The position numbers were made by a program, and so were the translations under genes. The notes under the pieces are model-generated. The model searched no databases. It saw only the letters and a list, made by a program, of their open reading frames with translations, and had not been told where the DNA came from. Positions 1-9,769 of a stretch of 37,134 nucleotides of DNA are shown here, piece by piece (the first letter of the stretch is position 1; every line of letters starts with the position of its first letter). The stretch spans positions 1 through 37,134 of the forward strand of contig JAGGUU010000158.1 in assembly GCA_021158305.1 (NCBI GenBank), given 5' to 3'. Source of the stretch: Candidatus Bathyarchaeota archaeon. GTDB taxonomy: Archaea > Thermoproteota > Bathyarchaeia > Bathyarchaeales > DTEX01.

Positions 1-1222
1 CCCACCATTTCTCCTCAACTCTCCCCTCCTTCTCGTCGCCTCGGTGAATGTAAATTCTATAGCGCATATCTAGCTTGTCGCCTCTCGCTTTCGAAAGAAA
101 CACCGGACCCTGATCTGGCCATTCAGGTTTCTTGTCGTAGAAGGGATTGGCCGCGAAGAGGCCGTATGCTCGTACATGCCATCCCGTTGGATGCCTAATG
201 TTGCTTGGATGATCCATGGCAGCTATGCCATTAATCGGCCCCCCAGGCACAACAGGTCCATAATAGTCGACCCATCTTGCCTGTCGACCCCAACACTCCC
301 TTTCTCTTCTTCTGCCTTCAGAATTCACTATCATGCCTCCAGCTATTTCACGCATGCTATCCGCAACCCTGATGACGAGTGGACCGTTCTCTTTAGCCAT
401 CTCTTTATGCTCGACATCTGCCGCTATCACCACCTCGTCTACTACTGGCTCCATAACTGTGTGAATATCAATCAGCCGCATAGGCGTCACATTCCATATG
501 ATGATCGTCCTAGTTTCCTTCATCAAGACTTTTCCTTTAGCCTTGATTCTCCATCGGCTTTTATCATGAGATATGCACTCCATCTCATCGTTTTGCTTCC
601 AAATATTTTCCTCTTCTATCTTTCCGAAGACGGGTCCCTCTTCGATCCGTGTGAATCTCTGATGAATCACCCTGCCATGTCTGGGATTTCCTATTTCCCC
701 CAGAGCCCAGAAGTTTATTCCGGGTTCTCCTCTCTTTCCAGAAACATCGCCCAATGCGATGTTTATGCCTTTGTGGTGGGGATGATCGCCAAAATTCGGT
801 ATATGCCTAACAACGTTCAGTCCATCAGGCCCAATAACTGGATACAGAAATGGTCTTTCATAAGCTTCGTTATACACATAATTGGTAACGTGCATTCCGT
901 TAACGAAGACTTCCAGCTGATAGTCTCCTCTATCCCAGATCTCAACGCCCCTCGGAAAATTGTAGCCATGTGTCCAGTTTTTTCCAACGGTTATCTCTAG
1001 GCTTCTATGTGCGTGGCTCGGATGTATCCATGAGAGAGTTCCTTTAAGTTCCTTAGGGCTGATCGGCGAGAATTGGCATGGAATTATTTTTCCAGTTGCT
1101 TTATCAATCATTCTAATAGAGGAGCTACTGAATTTTTCTTTGTCGGCTTTTTTTAGGTATTCATCAAAATCTATCTCTATTGATACCGGAGAGAGATAAT
1201 ACTCTCTCCCTTCGAAATCCAT
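1..1222 (-). CDS. PmoA-like / DUF6807 family protein. It is partial: the C-terminus runs off the window start.
   Basis: It is missing from the ORF track because it has no stop inside the window. Reverse-strand translation from the ATG at 1222-1220 reads MDFEGREYYLSPVSIEIDF...ERPFLYPVIGPDG...GDHPHHKGINIALGDV...GRQARWVDYYGP...DHPSNIRHPTGWHVRAYGLFAANPF... and stays open to base 2. The family assignment is from memory of the motif pattern, not a search. The + strand ORF 176..1000 is its antisense shadow. Confidence 0.6.
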   Translation of the reverse strand, partial: MDFEGREYYLSPVSIEIDFDEYLKKADKEKFSSSSIRMIDKATGKIIPCQFSPISPKELKGTLSWIHPSHAHRSLEITVGKNWTHGYNFPRGVEIWDRGDYQLEVFVNGMHVTNYVYNEAYERPFLYPVIGPDGLNVVRHIPNFGDHPHHKGINIALGDVSGKRGEPGINFWALGEIGNPRHGRVIHQRFTRIEEGPVFGKIEEENIWKQNDEMECISHDKSRWRIKAKGKVLMKETRTIIIWNVTPMRLIDIHTVMEPVVDEVVIAADVEHKEMAKENGPLVIRVADSMREIAGGMIVNSEGRRRERECWGRQARWVDYYGPVVPGGPINGIAAMDHPSNIRHPTGWHVRAYGLFAANPFYDKKPEWPDQGPVFLSKARGDKLDMRYRIYIHRGDEKEGRVEEKWW

Positions 1223-1572
1223 TTCCAGGCTGATTTTACTTGTCACTTTAAATCATCTGCCTAAATTGCTCTGAATTGGAATCTCTTGGTATCTAACAGA
1301 ATTATTTCCTTAAAATAGTTTATATTTAGCATGGTGTTTTTCATCCTAGAAATCGATATGGATCAATGCTTGATGATGCCTAATCCCCTTCATGCTTAGG
1401 CTAAAATAGCCGTTTTTATCAATGATATTTCTGGATGAAGATGCGAGGAGCATGGATTGGAAGGGAGCCGCCTCCCACCATACATCCTATTTTTCCCTCA
1501 TATAGGCGGAGGTATATGCATGCTCCGCCTGAATACGCCTATCAATGTATCGTTCATATACTTAGAGAGAAA

Positions 1573-2103
1573 ATGGGCTGTTCAGATATCAAACACATTG
1601 GAAAGTTATCTTTAAGGACGAGACTAAGCGGCTATGTCGGAGCAGTTCTTACTGTTCAAATATCGCGTGAAGGTGAAATAAGCATTTTAGACTTAAGATT
1701 CAATTATGTTAGAGTTATACTCTCCGCCACTCTTCTGCTTGGAATAACGATAATCCTAAGCTTGCTTTCAAATTCGGTTCTGCCAATACTTGGCGCGGTG
1801 GCATTTTTACCTATAGCCTATAAAGCCAATAATGGCGCTGTTAAGTTTCTAATGGTTCTAAATGAGATTTTACCTTTCGCAGAGAAGGAGTATGCTCGTC
1901 AAAGTCTCCTTAAGGAGCGAGAGAGACTACGTAGAAGCAAAGTGAACGTCGCGGTTCTTTATGAGAAGCTTAGAAGAAAGCATATTGAGACTTGGGGAGA
2001 CATAAACGTTCTCAAATATAAGATTGAGGAGTATCAGTCGGCTGGTTTTACATACGAGGAAGCAATAATAAAGATAGCTGAGGAGGAGGGCGTAACCATA
2101 TAG
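1573..2103 (+). CDS. Hypothetical membrane protein with a C-terminal coiled-coil/charged tail.
   Basis: The ORF is open from 1435. I prefer the ATG at 1573 (MGCSDIKHIG...) because the upstream part is compositionally odd. It has two hydrophobic segments (VILSATLLLGITIILSLL, VLPILGAVAFLPIAY) followed by a K/E/R-rich tail. I recognise no family. Confidence 0.4.
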   Translation: MGCSDIKHIGKLSLRTRLSGYVGAVLTVQISREGEISILDLRFNYVRVILSATLLLGITIILSLLSNSVLPILGAVAFLPIAYKANNGAVKFLMVLNEILPFAEKEYARQSLLKERERLRRSKVNVAVLYEKLRRKHIETWGDINVLKYKIEEYQSAGFTYEEAIIKIAEEEGVTI

Positions 2104-3405
2104 TTACGGATAGACTCTGTTTATGAGTCTTGGAAATGCAATGGCGTCTCTTATATGTTCAAGCTTGCAAATCCATGATATTGTCCTCTCAACTCCTAGC
2201 CCAAAGCCTGAATGAGGGACGGAACCATATCTTCTAAGATCAATGTACCATTTGTAATCTTCAGGATTCAAGCCCTCCTCTTTTATTCTCTCTAGAAGCT
2301 CCTCTAGACTATCTATTCTCTGTCCTCCGCCAGTTATCTCACCATAGCCTTCCGGAGCTAGAAGGTCGGCTGAGAGCGTAACCTTCGGCCTCTCTGGATC
2401 CGGCTTATGATAGAAGGCCTTCACATTCTTAGGAAAATGTGTGATGAAGAAAGGCTTATTGAATCTCTCTGTTAGTATCTTCTCATGAGTCCATGTGATG
2501 TCATCTCCCCACTTGAAGAATATTCCTTCCTCGTTAAGAATCTTCACGGCTTTATCATATGTTATTCTCTCATATGGAGGTTTCATCCTTCTTAGTTCGT
2601 CTGGTGATCTCCCTAAATACTCAAGTTCCCCAGGCATTTCTTCGCATAGCGAATCCAGAATATACGCCAGCAAGTCTTCCTGTACCTTCATTATGCCTTT
2701 CAGGTCGCACCACGGAATCTCCACTTCTAAATGCCAATACTCAGTTAGATGACGTCTAGTCCTAGATTTTTCAGCCCTAAATGAGGGAGCTATCGTGTAA
2801 ATTTTTCCTAAACTCGCTATTGCAGCTTCAGCGTAGAGCTGCCAACTCTGCGTTAAGTACGCCTCTCGGTCAAAATACTTCACTGGAAACAGCGTCGCTC
2901 CGCCCTCACAGGCTGCCGTTATGATTGTTGGAGAGTGGAACTCGACGAATCCGTTCGCCTTAAACCATTCTCTCGCCGCCTCTAGGAACTTGGCTCTTAT
3001 CCTCAGTATAGTCTGCATTTTCTGGCTACGTATCCATAAGTGGCGATTGTCAAGTAGAAAGTCTGGACCATGATATTTCTTTGCTATCGGATAGCCTTCC
3101 TCAGCCCTATGAAAGACTTTCATATCTTCAACTTTTATCTCGTATCCTCTAGGCGCCCTCTTATCCTCCCTTACCGACCCGATAATCTCTAAAGAGGATT
3201 CCTGAGTGAGATCTTTTGCTTCCTTGAATATCTCATCCTTCACTGTGTTCTTCTTCATTGTGCATTGGATAATGCCGGTTCCATCCCGAATTAGGAGGAA
3301 ATGTATCCCGCCGCTTGAACGCATGTTGTGAAGCCATCCCCTAATGAGAACTCTTTCATCCGTATATTTCCCGGAAAGAATAGATGCGATGTCAACGGCT
3401 TTCAT
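2104..3405 (-). CDS. asnS: Asparaginyl-tRNA synthetase (class IIb).
   Basis: 433 aa. Class II motifs are present: FRAEKSRTRRHLTEYWHLEVE and GGGQRI. The AsnRS-typical WYIDLRRYGSVPHSGFGLGVER distinguishes it from AspRS. Confidence 0.88.
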   Translation of the reverse strand: MKAVDIASILSGKYTDERVLIRGWLHNMRSSGGIHFLLIRDGTGIIQCTMKKNTVKDEIFKEAKDLTQESSLEIIGSVREDKRAPRGYEIKVEDMKVFHRAEEGYPIAKKYHGPDFLLDNRHLWIRSQKMQTILRIRAKFLEAAREWFKANGFVEFHSPTIITAACEGGATLFPVKYFDREAYLTQSWQLYAEAAIASLGKIYTIAPSFRAEKSRTRRHLTEYWHLEVEIPWCDLKGIMKVQEDLLAYILDSLCEEMPGELEYLGRSPDELRRMKPPYERITYDKAVKILNEEGIFFKWGDDITWTHEKILTERFNKPFFITHFPKNVKAFYHKPDPERPKVTLSADLLAPEGYGEITGGGQRIDSLEELLERIKEEGLNPEDYKWYIDLRRYGSVPHSGFGLGVERTISWICKLEHIRDAIAFPRLINRVYP

Positions 3406-3478
3406 TACAGGTAGCTCCCCGACCTAGTCTATCTTAGTGTAACGCCAGCTTTCTAATGAATATTTCCCGCTTTCTCTC

Positions 3479-4141
3479 CTACATGGGTTTCTCATCGAAT
3501 TTATAGAGTCGCTTCTCATAGGCGCTTCGAGGCTTAAGTCCGCGGATACGTTTCTCGCTAGCCATCTGCCGCTTAATATTTTCAATTCGAGCCTTCATCT
3601 CTGCGATTTTCCTTTTAGAGGGCCTCCTACGTCTTCTTTTGGGCTTAAGAGCTAACGCCTTAAAAGCGGAGGAGATTCTCTTCCGTTTTTTCCTCCCACC
3701 ACGTCTAGTCTGCGTCGGCTCCGCTCTAACAAACGTAACGGTTTTTTCGTCTAATTCAACTTTGTCAACTTTCCAGCCTACTGAAAGCCATGATTCAGAA
3801 TGAGGCTTGCCGTGAGTGTTAGACCACCATCGTGGATCATTAAGCGCCGAGGGCGGAAGCCTACCATTCATTATCTCTTCGATCTTCTTGAATGATAACT
3901 TAACATAACTACTATATTTTGCTCTTTTAGCCAGATACTCGCGTAGATACGCGTATTTGCTTCTCCATGATACAACTGGCGATACTCTCCTTTTGGCGCA
4001 TCTGAGACATATCGGCTTTCCATCCTCGAATAATATGCAGTTGTTACAGTAAAGCCTGCCGCAGATTATGCATCGATGAAGTAAAAAACTTGGATACGTC
4101 ACATGGCATAATGCACATTCTTCCTCAACGATTATGCGCAT
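3479..4141 (-). CDS. Uncharacterised zinc-finger protein with a Trp-rich middle domain and a highly basic C-terminal tail.
   Basis: 220 aa. Four CxxC pairs lie in the first 48 residues (CALC, CIIC, CNNC, CLRC). The middle block is PPSALNDPRWWSN...HSESWLSVGWKV. The tail is K/R-rich (RRGGRKKRKR, KPKRRRRRPSKRK). Confidence 0.6.
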   Translation of the reverse strand: MRIIVEEECALCHVTYPSFLLHRCIICGRLYCNNCILFEDGKPICLRCAKRRVSPVVSWRSKYAYLREYLAKRAKYSSYVKLSFKKIEEIMNGRLPPSALNDPRWWSNTHGKPHSESWLSVGWKVDKVELDEKTVTFVRAEPTQTRRGGRKKRKRISSAFKALALKPKRRRRRPSKRKIAEMKARIENIKRQMASEKRIRGLKPRSAYEKRLYKFDEKPM

Positions 4142-4287
4142 TCACGCTTCACTAAAACAATTCTTAGGTGGAAAAGGAAGAAATAACATTTTCTTTTCAG
4201 CGAGGCTACCTTTAACTATTTATATATTTGAGGCTCTCTTTACCTAATCGAATGGAAGAGCCATATATCTTCTCGGGATGATATGCG

Positions 4288-5649
4288 TTGGAGAAATATG
4301 ACGTAGTCATCGTTGGCGCTGGCACCGCTGGATGCATGGCAGCTAAGGTTTTAGCCTCGAAAGGATTTAATATCTGCCTAACTGACCGAAAGAACAGACG
4401 ATTAATCGGCGATAAGGTTTGCGGAGACGCTATAGGCAAGCATCATTTCGATAATCTAGGCTTGTCGTACCCATCTGGGGAGGAGAAGGAAGGAGACATT
4501 AAGGGCGTAAAAGTATATTCTCCGGATAAAAACTCCGTCTTCAACATATCAGGCTATGGCTTAGCAGGCTTCATTATAAACCGCCATGCTTTTGGCCAGA
4601 GGCTGCTGAGAAACGCCGTTGATGCAGGCGTAGTTCTGAAAGATGAAGTTCACGTCTCCGCCCCTATCATTAGGGATAAGTATGTTAAAGGAGTTTTGGC
4701 TGTAGATATTAAGACTGGGGAGAAGATAGAGATTTTTAGCGATGTTGTTGTTGATGCAAGCGGGTTTTCAGCTATTCTACGCAGGAATCTTCCTCCAAAA
4801 ATTGGAGTAGAGACCACTATTGGAAAGGATGATATTGTTATCTGCTATCGTGAGATTCGACAGCTAAAAAGAAGCGTAGAAGATCCGGAATTCTGCGAGA
4901 TTTATCTAGATCAAGACGTAGCGCCTGGAGGATACTACTGGATATTCCCTAAAGGAGCAACTAAAGTTAATGCTGGCTTAGGAGTCTCTCTACGCCTCAG
5001 CAACCCCAATCCCAAGAACAACTTTTACATGCACGTTCTTTCCCAAGACCTCTTCAAATCTTCAGAGATGATCCATGGAGGCAGCGGGCTTGTACCGACA
5101 CGTAGACCCTTAGACTCATTTGTCGGCAACGGCGTAGTGATTATAGGAGACGCTGGATGCCAAGTTAATCCAATTCATGGCGGGGGAATAGGGCCTTCAA
5201 TGATGGGAGGGAAAATCTCCGGAGAAGTAATCGCCGAGGCTCTTGAGAAAGGAGACGTAAGCTCTAAGGCACTATGGCCGATTAATGTTAGATTCATGAA
5301 GAGCTACGGCGCCAAGCAAGCGGGACTAGATATATTCCGAATCTTCCTTCAAGGATTAACTAATGAAGAGCTGAATTACGGAATGAGATATCAACTGATC
5401 ACCGAAGAGGATGTTTTAAAGGCGAGTTTAGGCGAGAAGATTCATCTCAATATAGGTGAAGCTACCAGACGAATCTTCAGCGGGCTTGGTAGATTAGGCT
5501 TTCTAAAATCGCTATATGTGATGGCGAAGACTATCCGAGAGGTTAGAAGACTATATGATGAGTATCCCTCCACACCTGACGCTTTTCCAGAATGGAGAGA
5601 AAAGATTACTGAAGTCTTTAGGAGGGCGAAGAGGCTCTTCTGGAGATAA
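4288..5649 (+). CDS. Geranylgeranyl reductase family flavoprotein (digeranylgeranylglycerophospholipid reductase-like).
   Basis: 453 aa with a TTG start. The N-terminal FAD dinucleotide fold is YDVVIVGAGTAGCMAAKVLA. It also has the GGR-typical CGDAIG and GDAGCQVNPIHGGGIG motifs. Confidence 0.85.
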   Translation: MEKYDVVIVGAGTAGCMAAKVLASKGFNICLTDRKNRRLIGDKVCGDAIGKHHFDNLGLSYPSGEEKEGDIKGVKVYSPDKNSVFNISGYGLAGFIINRHAFGQRLLRNAVDAGVVLKDEVHVSAPIIRDKYVKGVLAVDIKTGEKIEIFSDVVVDASGFSAILRRNLPPKIGVETTIGKDDIVICYREIRQLKRSVEDPEFCEIYLDQDVAPGGYYWIFPKGATKVNAGLGVSLRLSNPNPKNNFYMHVLSQDLFKSSEMIHGGSGLVPTRRPLDSFVGNGVVIIGDAGCQVNPIHGGGIGPSMMGGKISGEVIAEALEKGDVSSKALWPINVRFMKSYGAKQAGLDIFRIFLQGLTNEELNYGMRYQLITEEDVLKASLGEKIHLNIGEATRRIFSGLGRLGFLKSLYVMAKTIREVRRLYDEYPSTPDAFPEWREKITEVFRRAKRLFWR

Positions 5650-5675
5650 ATTGCATCCCATCGGGAATAGCGGAA

Positions 5676-6350
5676 ATGAAAGTTGCAGCCTTAATCAGCG
5701 GCGGAAAGGACTCAGCATTAGCGTTACACCAAGCTTTGAAGAGAGGATACAATGTAAAGTATCTTGTAACTCTGATACCTCAACGTGAAGATAGCTGGAT
5801 GTTCCATTATCCGAATGTAGAGTTAACAGATCTATTCGCAGAGGCATGTGGTATACCATTAGTGAAGGCAGAGACATCCGGAGTTAAGGAAGAAGAACTG
5901 GAAGATCTCAGAAGCTTGCTTGATAAGCTAGATATCGAAGGCGTAGTCTCGGGGGCGATCGCATCGACATATCAGAAGTCGCGTATAGGCCGCATATGTG
6001 TTGAGCTCGGCTTAAAATCTATAACTCCACTCTGGCATAAGAATGAGAAGACGTTAATAGAGACTCTCATATCAGAGGGATTCTCAGTCATCTTCACAGG
6101 AGTCTATGCTTATGGCTTGGATGAGAAGTGGCTGGGTAGGAAGCTTGATCAGAGAGCGTTAAGGGATCTCATCATGCTCAGTAAAAGATATGGAATATCG
6201 CTTATGGGTGAGGGAGGCGAGTACGAAACTCTAGTTCTCGATGCTCCGTACTTTAGAAAGAGGATAAAAATTCTAAGGGCTAGAACCATTTGGAAAGGGG
6301 AGAGTGGTTATCTCCTAGTCGAGGATGCATGTTTGGAAGATAAGGGTTAA
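5676..6350 (+). CDS. Diphthine-ammonia ligase-like PP-loop ATPase (Dph6 / MJ0570 family).
   Basis: 224 aa. The N-terminal PP-loop is ALISGGKDS. Overall length and pattern fit the archaeal MJ0570 family, including the GEGGEYETLVLDAP motif. Confidence 0.8.
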   Translation: MKVAALISGGKDSALALHQALKRGYNVKYLVTLIPQREDSWMFHYPNVELTDLFAEACGIPLVKAETSGVKEEELEDLRSLLDKLDIEGVVSGAIASTYQKSRIGRICVELGLKSITPLWHKNEKTLIETLISEGFSVIFTGVYAYGLDEKWLGRKLDQRALRDLIMLSKRYGISLMGEGGEYETLVLDAPYFRKRIKILRARTIWKGESGYLLVEDACLEDKG

Positions 6351-6428
6351 TGTACATTTTTGTGCACAAAAGTCTTAAATATGACATATGTGTTCAAAAT
6401 AGTCAATTCAGAAATGGAAGGATCCAGC

Positions 6429-7814
6429 ATGACAGATAGGAAAATACTCTTGGATGAAGATGATATTCCAAAGCAGTGGTACAACATACTTCCCGATCTT
6501 CCGGAGCCGCTTCCTCCACCGATCGATCCTACAACTAGGGAGCCTGTTAAACCAGAGGATCTGATGAGGATCTTTCCCAAGGAGTGCATTAAACAGGAGA
6601 TAAGCCAGGAGAGATTCATACCTATACCGGAGGCTGTGCTTGAAATATATAGACTTTGGAGACCTACTCCACTCTTCAGAGCTAAAAAACTTGAAGAGGC
6701 CTTGAAAACTCCGGCAAAGATATACTACAAGTATGAAGGCGTAAGCCCGCCGGGAAGCCATAAACCGAACACCGCCGTTGCTCAGGCATACTTTGCCAAG
6801 GAGGAAGGCGTTAGGAGACTTGCCACTGAAACGGGAGCCGGACAGTGGGGTTCGGCACTTGCATTCGGCTGCGCCATGTTCGGCATGAAAGCCACAATCT
6901 ACATGGTTAGGGTAAGCTACGATCAAAAGCCTTACCGGAAGGTTATGATGCAGGCTTGGGGAGCGGATGTCTATCCAAGCCCAAGTGACAAGACGGAAAG
7001 CGGAAGAAGAATCTTAAAGGAGAATCCGAATAGCTCGGGAAGTTTGGGAATAGCGATAAGCGAGGCTGTTGAAGACGCAATTACACATGACGATGCAAAG
7101 TATGCTATCGGAAGTGTGGCGAATCACGTATTGCTCCATCAAACAGTTATCGGGCAGGAAGCAAGGGAGCAGATCAGCCAAGTTGATGATTATCCGGATC
7201 TTGTAGTCGGATGCATAGGAGGAGGAAGCAGCTTTTCAGGGCTCTACTGGCCCTTCTACTATGACAAGGTCTCAGGCAGGGCTCCAAAGGATGTAGAATT
7301 CTTAGCTGTGGAATCATCAGCCTGCCCCTCAGTGACAAAGGGATTCTATACATATGACCATGGAGACACAGCGCGCATCACACCGATGTTCAAGATGCAC
7401 ACGCTTGGACATACATTCATTCCTCCACCAATCCATGCTGGAGGACTTAGATACCACGGCATGGCTCCAACCCTCTGTCTCCTAAACCGGAAAGGAATAG
7501 TTAAAACCGTAGCATATAATCAAGTTGAAGTATTCGACGCAGCTAAGTTATTCATAGAGACTGAGGGTATAATTCCGGCTCCAGAGCCATCTCACGCCAT
7601 CAAAGCGGTGGTCGACGAGGCTATAAGATGTAGGGAGAGAGGGGAGGAGAAGACGATTCTCTTTCTGCTCTGCGGTCACGGACACTTCGACATGCAAGCG
7701 TATGACGATTACTTCTCTGGGAAACTTCTGCCGTACGAGTATCCAGAGGAGAAAGTCAAGGAAGCAATGCGGAAGCTTAAGGAGTTATATCCATGGCTTG
7801 AGATAGAAGAGTAG
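6429..7814 (+). CDS. TrpB2-type tryptophan synthase beta-like PLP enzyme.
   Basis: The ORF is open from 6360. The ATG at 6429 ([31 protein letters not shown], a typical TrpB2 N-terminus) follows a GGAAGGA SD-like site. It contains the PLP-lysine region PPGSHKPN and the GGGSSF loop. Confidence 0.85.
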   Translation: MTDRKILLDEDDIPKQWYNILPDLPEPLPPPIDPTTREPVKPEDLMRIFPKECIKQEISQERFIPIPEAVLEIYRLWRPTPLFRAKKLEEALKTPAKIYYKYEGVSPPGSHKPNTAVAQAYFAKEEGVRRLATETGAGQWGSALAFGCAMFGMKATIYMVRVSYDQKPYRKVMMQAWGADVYPSPSDKTESGRRILKENPNSSGSLGIAISEAVEDAITHDDAKYAIGSVANHVLLHQTVIGQEAREQISQVDDYPDLVVGCIGGGSSFSGLYWPFYYDKVSGRAPKDVEFLAVESSACPSVTKGFYTYDHGDTARITPMFKMHTLGHTFIPPPIHAGGLRYHGMAPTLCLLNRKGIVKTVAYNQVEVFDAAKLFIETEGIIPAPEPSHAIKAVVDEAIRCRERGEEKTILFLLCGHGHFDMQAYDDYFSGKLLPYEYPEEKVKEAMRKLKELYPWLEIEE

Positions 7815-7847
7815 CCTACATCACTCACATCCTAATCCTTCTTTTTG

Positions 7848-8993
7848 TCAGATTTTACACTTGAATATTCTAGCTCTCAAGTCTCCGTGAAGAATTATCC
7901 TTTTCTCCAGCACTTCAACGGAGTTTTCTTCAGTAGCCTCCTTGAACCTTTTATGCGCAGCGGTTATGAGAACGAGAACTGCACCTTCAGCTCTATCCTT
8001 TAACGCTTTTAGGAAGCCGCTGTACAGTCTCTTAGGACTTCCGCCGGGGATCATCCTTATCCCGTATGGAGGATTAACAACTACTAAATCGAATTCTCCC
8101 TCTGGATACTCAACGCTTTTAGTGGCATCTCCAAGCTTAAACTCTATAGCTTCGCGTACCCCTGCTTTCTCGGAGTTTTTCATCGCTCCTTCAAGATGTT
8201 GCTTAAACTTTTCCATTCCGTAAATCTCTGTAATATGCTCGATGGCTTTACGGGATAGAATCTTGCTTCTAAGATCCCAAAAATCATCTTCCGTAAAGAT
8301 CTTCAGTTTCAGAAATGCAAAATTCTTCCTCAAGTATCCTGGAGGTATACCCGTAGCCTTTAAGGCGGCTTCTATGGGTATCGTTCCGCCTCCGCACATA
8401 GGATCAATAAGGCTCTTCCCAGCTCTCCACCCGCCTATCCTAAGCATGGCTGAAGCTATGGTCGGCTTAAGCGCTGCTGGATGCATATATACTTTATATC
8501 CTCTTCTGTGCAGGGAGCTCCCGGAGGTATTAACTCCTAAAAGAAACTCTTGATCCTTCACTAGAGCATAGAATTCAACATCCGGCTCGTCAAGATTCAC
8601 CTTAAGTCTCCTGCCATGAGCTTCTCTATATGAATCTATTATCGCTTGCCCAACAACTCTTGATACATCAACGCTTGTGAAATCATGCGTTCCCACCCGT
8701 TCACTCCTAACGGCGAATGATTGATCAGCATCTATGATCCATCCATAATCCAGATCCTTGACAAGTCTATACAGGTCATCGAGATCTGAGAATGTCTCTC
8801 TGCAGAGCTGAATCATGATTCTGTTCAATATTGAAGATTTCAAGTTTAGAACGTAAATAGATTCTAATTCTCCCTCAAAAAAGATCTTACCGATGTCAGG
8901 CGTGGCTTCACATCCAAGAAGATCAGATACTTCTTCACATGCTATATCTTCGATTCCCGGAGAAACGGTGGCGAAGAACTTAGCTTTCGCCAA
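7848..8993 (-). CDS. THUMP-domain class I SAM-dependent tRNA (guanine-N2) methyltransferase (Trm14/RlmL-like).
   Basis: 381 aa. It has an N-terminal THUMP-like region, SAM motif I DPMCGGGTIPIEAAL and catalytic motif IV VVNPPYG. Confidence 0.8.
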   Translation of the reverse strand: MAKAKFFATVSPGIEDIACEEVSDLLGCEATPDIGKIFFEGELESIYVLNLKSSILNRIMIQLCRETFSDLDDLYRLVKDLDYGWIIDADQSFAVRSERVGTHDFTSVDVSRVVGQAIIDSYREAHGRRLKVNLDEPDVEFYALVKDQEFLLGVNTSGSSLHRRGYKVYMHPAALKPTIASAMLRIGGWRAGKSLIDPMCGGGTIPIEAALKATGIPPGYLRKNFAFLKLKIFTEDDFWDLRSKILSRKAIEHITEIYGMEKFKQHLEGAMKNSEKAGVREAIEFKLGDATKSVEYPEGEFDLVVVNPPYGIRMIPGGSPKRLYSGFLKALKDRAEGAVLVLITAAHKRFKEATEENSVEVLEKRIILHGDLRARIFKCKI

Positions 8994-9423
8994 TGAAGAG
9001 ACCTCCCTATATGCATGAATTAAAAAACATTTAATCTATAAGGTGTTCTCTACAATAGACCTTAGCTTCTCTCATAAACTGGAATTGATGGAGATCTTCT
9101 AGAAGCCCATTCATTCTTTTCTTGTTTCATCATCTCAGCATTTTATATTTCAAATTTAAGACGATCGGAGTCTTTTTAGAGATATTTATATCCGGAGAGC
9201 TGAAATGGAGATAATTTTTATCTCTGAAGAGAAGCTTAGATACATCGGTTCATGGCAAGTCCGGGGCCTGCTCTAGAAGATTGCAGAGCTCAAGGGTACT
9301 AAAGCATCAATCAGCTTCTCAAGCATGGATCATGCTACATCCCACAGGCATAAACGGAGAAATCAGACATCAAGAAACGAGTCTTGGAACAGGCTTCTTT
9401 TCTCAAAAAGCAATTCAAAAGGC

Positions 9424-9501
9424 TGGTGGACCGGGCGGGATTTGAACCCGCGACCTCCGCCGTGCGAGGGCGGCATTCATTCCAGACTGAACTACCGGCC
9501 C
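9424..9501 (-). tRNA. tRNA-Ala(CGC), no intron, CCA encoded.
   Basis: Hand-folded from GGGCCGGTAGTTCAGTCTGGAATGAATGCCGCCCTCGCACGGCGGAGGTCGCGGGTTCAAATCCCGCCCGGTCCACCA. It has a 7-bp acceptor stem with the G3:U70 alanine identity pair, the anticodon loop CTCGCAC (CGC), and the T-loop TTCAAAT. T-rich tracts follow at 9395-9423 on the minus strand. Confidence 0.95.
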
Positions 9502-9769
9502 AATGATTATCTAACCTATTTTCATGAGAGAGTCCTAAATTAATATTTTTAATCTTAATCTATGTTTCTTCCATTTTGCATATAGCTTTGTGTATGTCTT
9601 CCTTATACTCGAATGGTGATGAGGAGGTGATTTAAAGCAACATAATAGAAAGATTAACGCATCTTAGATGAAAAAGGCGATGCTCCCAACAGTAGGCAGG
9701 TACCCGGTTATTATCTTGCAGGGAAAAAGATTAAAGCGATTCTAACCTTAAAATTGAGGGGGATAGGTT

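Noticed and set aside
176-1000. 274-aa + strand ORF from the track.
   Set aside because: Its composition looks non-protein (rich in H, Y, S and I, with no motif). It lies exactly antisense to a well-supported PmoA-like/DUF6807 coding frame on the minus strand, so it is a shadow ORF.
1504-1530. 8-bp hairpin AGGCGGAG-N11-CTCCGCCT in the region upstream of the hypothetical membrane protein gene.
   Set aside because: It is an isolated stem with no T-tract, no repeat copies elsewhere in the window, and no clear link to a start codon. That is insufficient to call it a regulatory element.
9325-9543. 72-aa + strand ORF.
   Set aside because: It runs straight through the tRNA-Ala gene on the opposite strand (9424-9501) and has no coding features, so it is spurious.
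9616-9680. A perfect C-box-like GTGATGA at 9616-9622, considered as a possible C/D box sRNA.
   Set aside because: No CTGA D or D' box occurs within the following 70 or so nt, and there are no terminal complementary ends. The adjacent GGAGGTGAT looks like a stray SD-like string with no ORF behind it.
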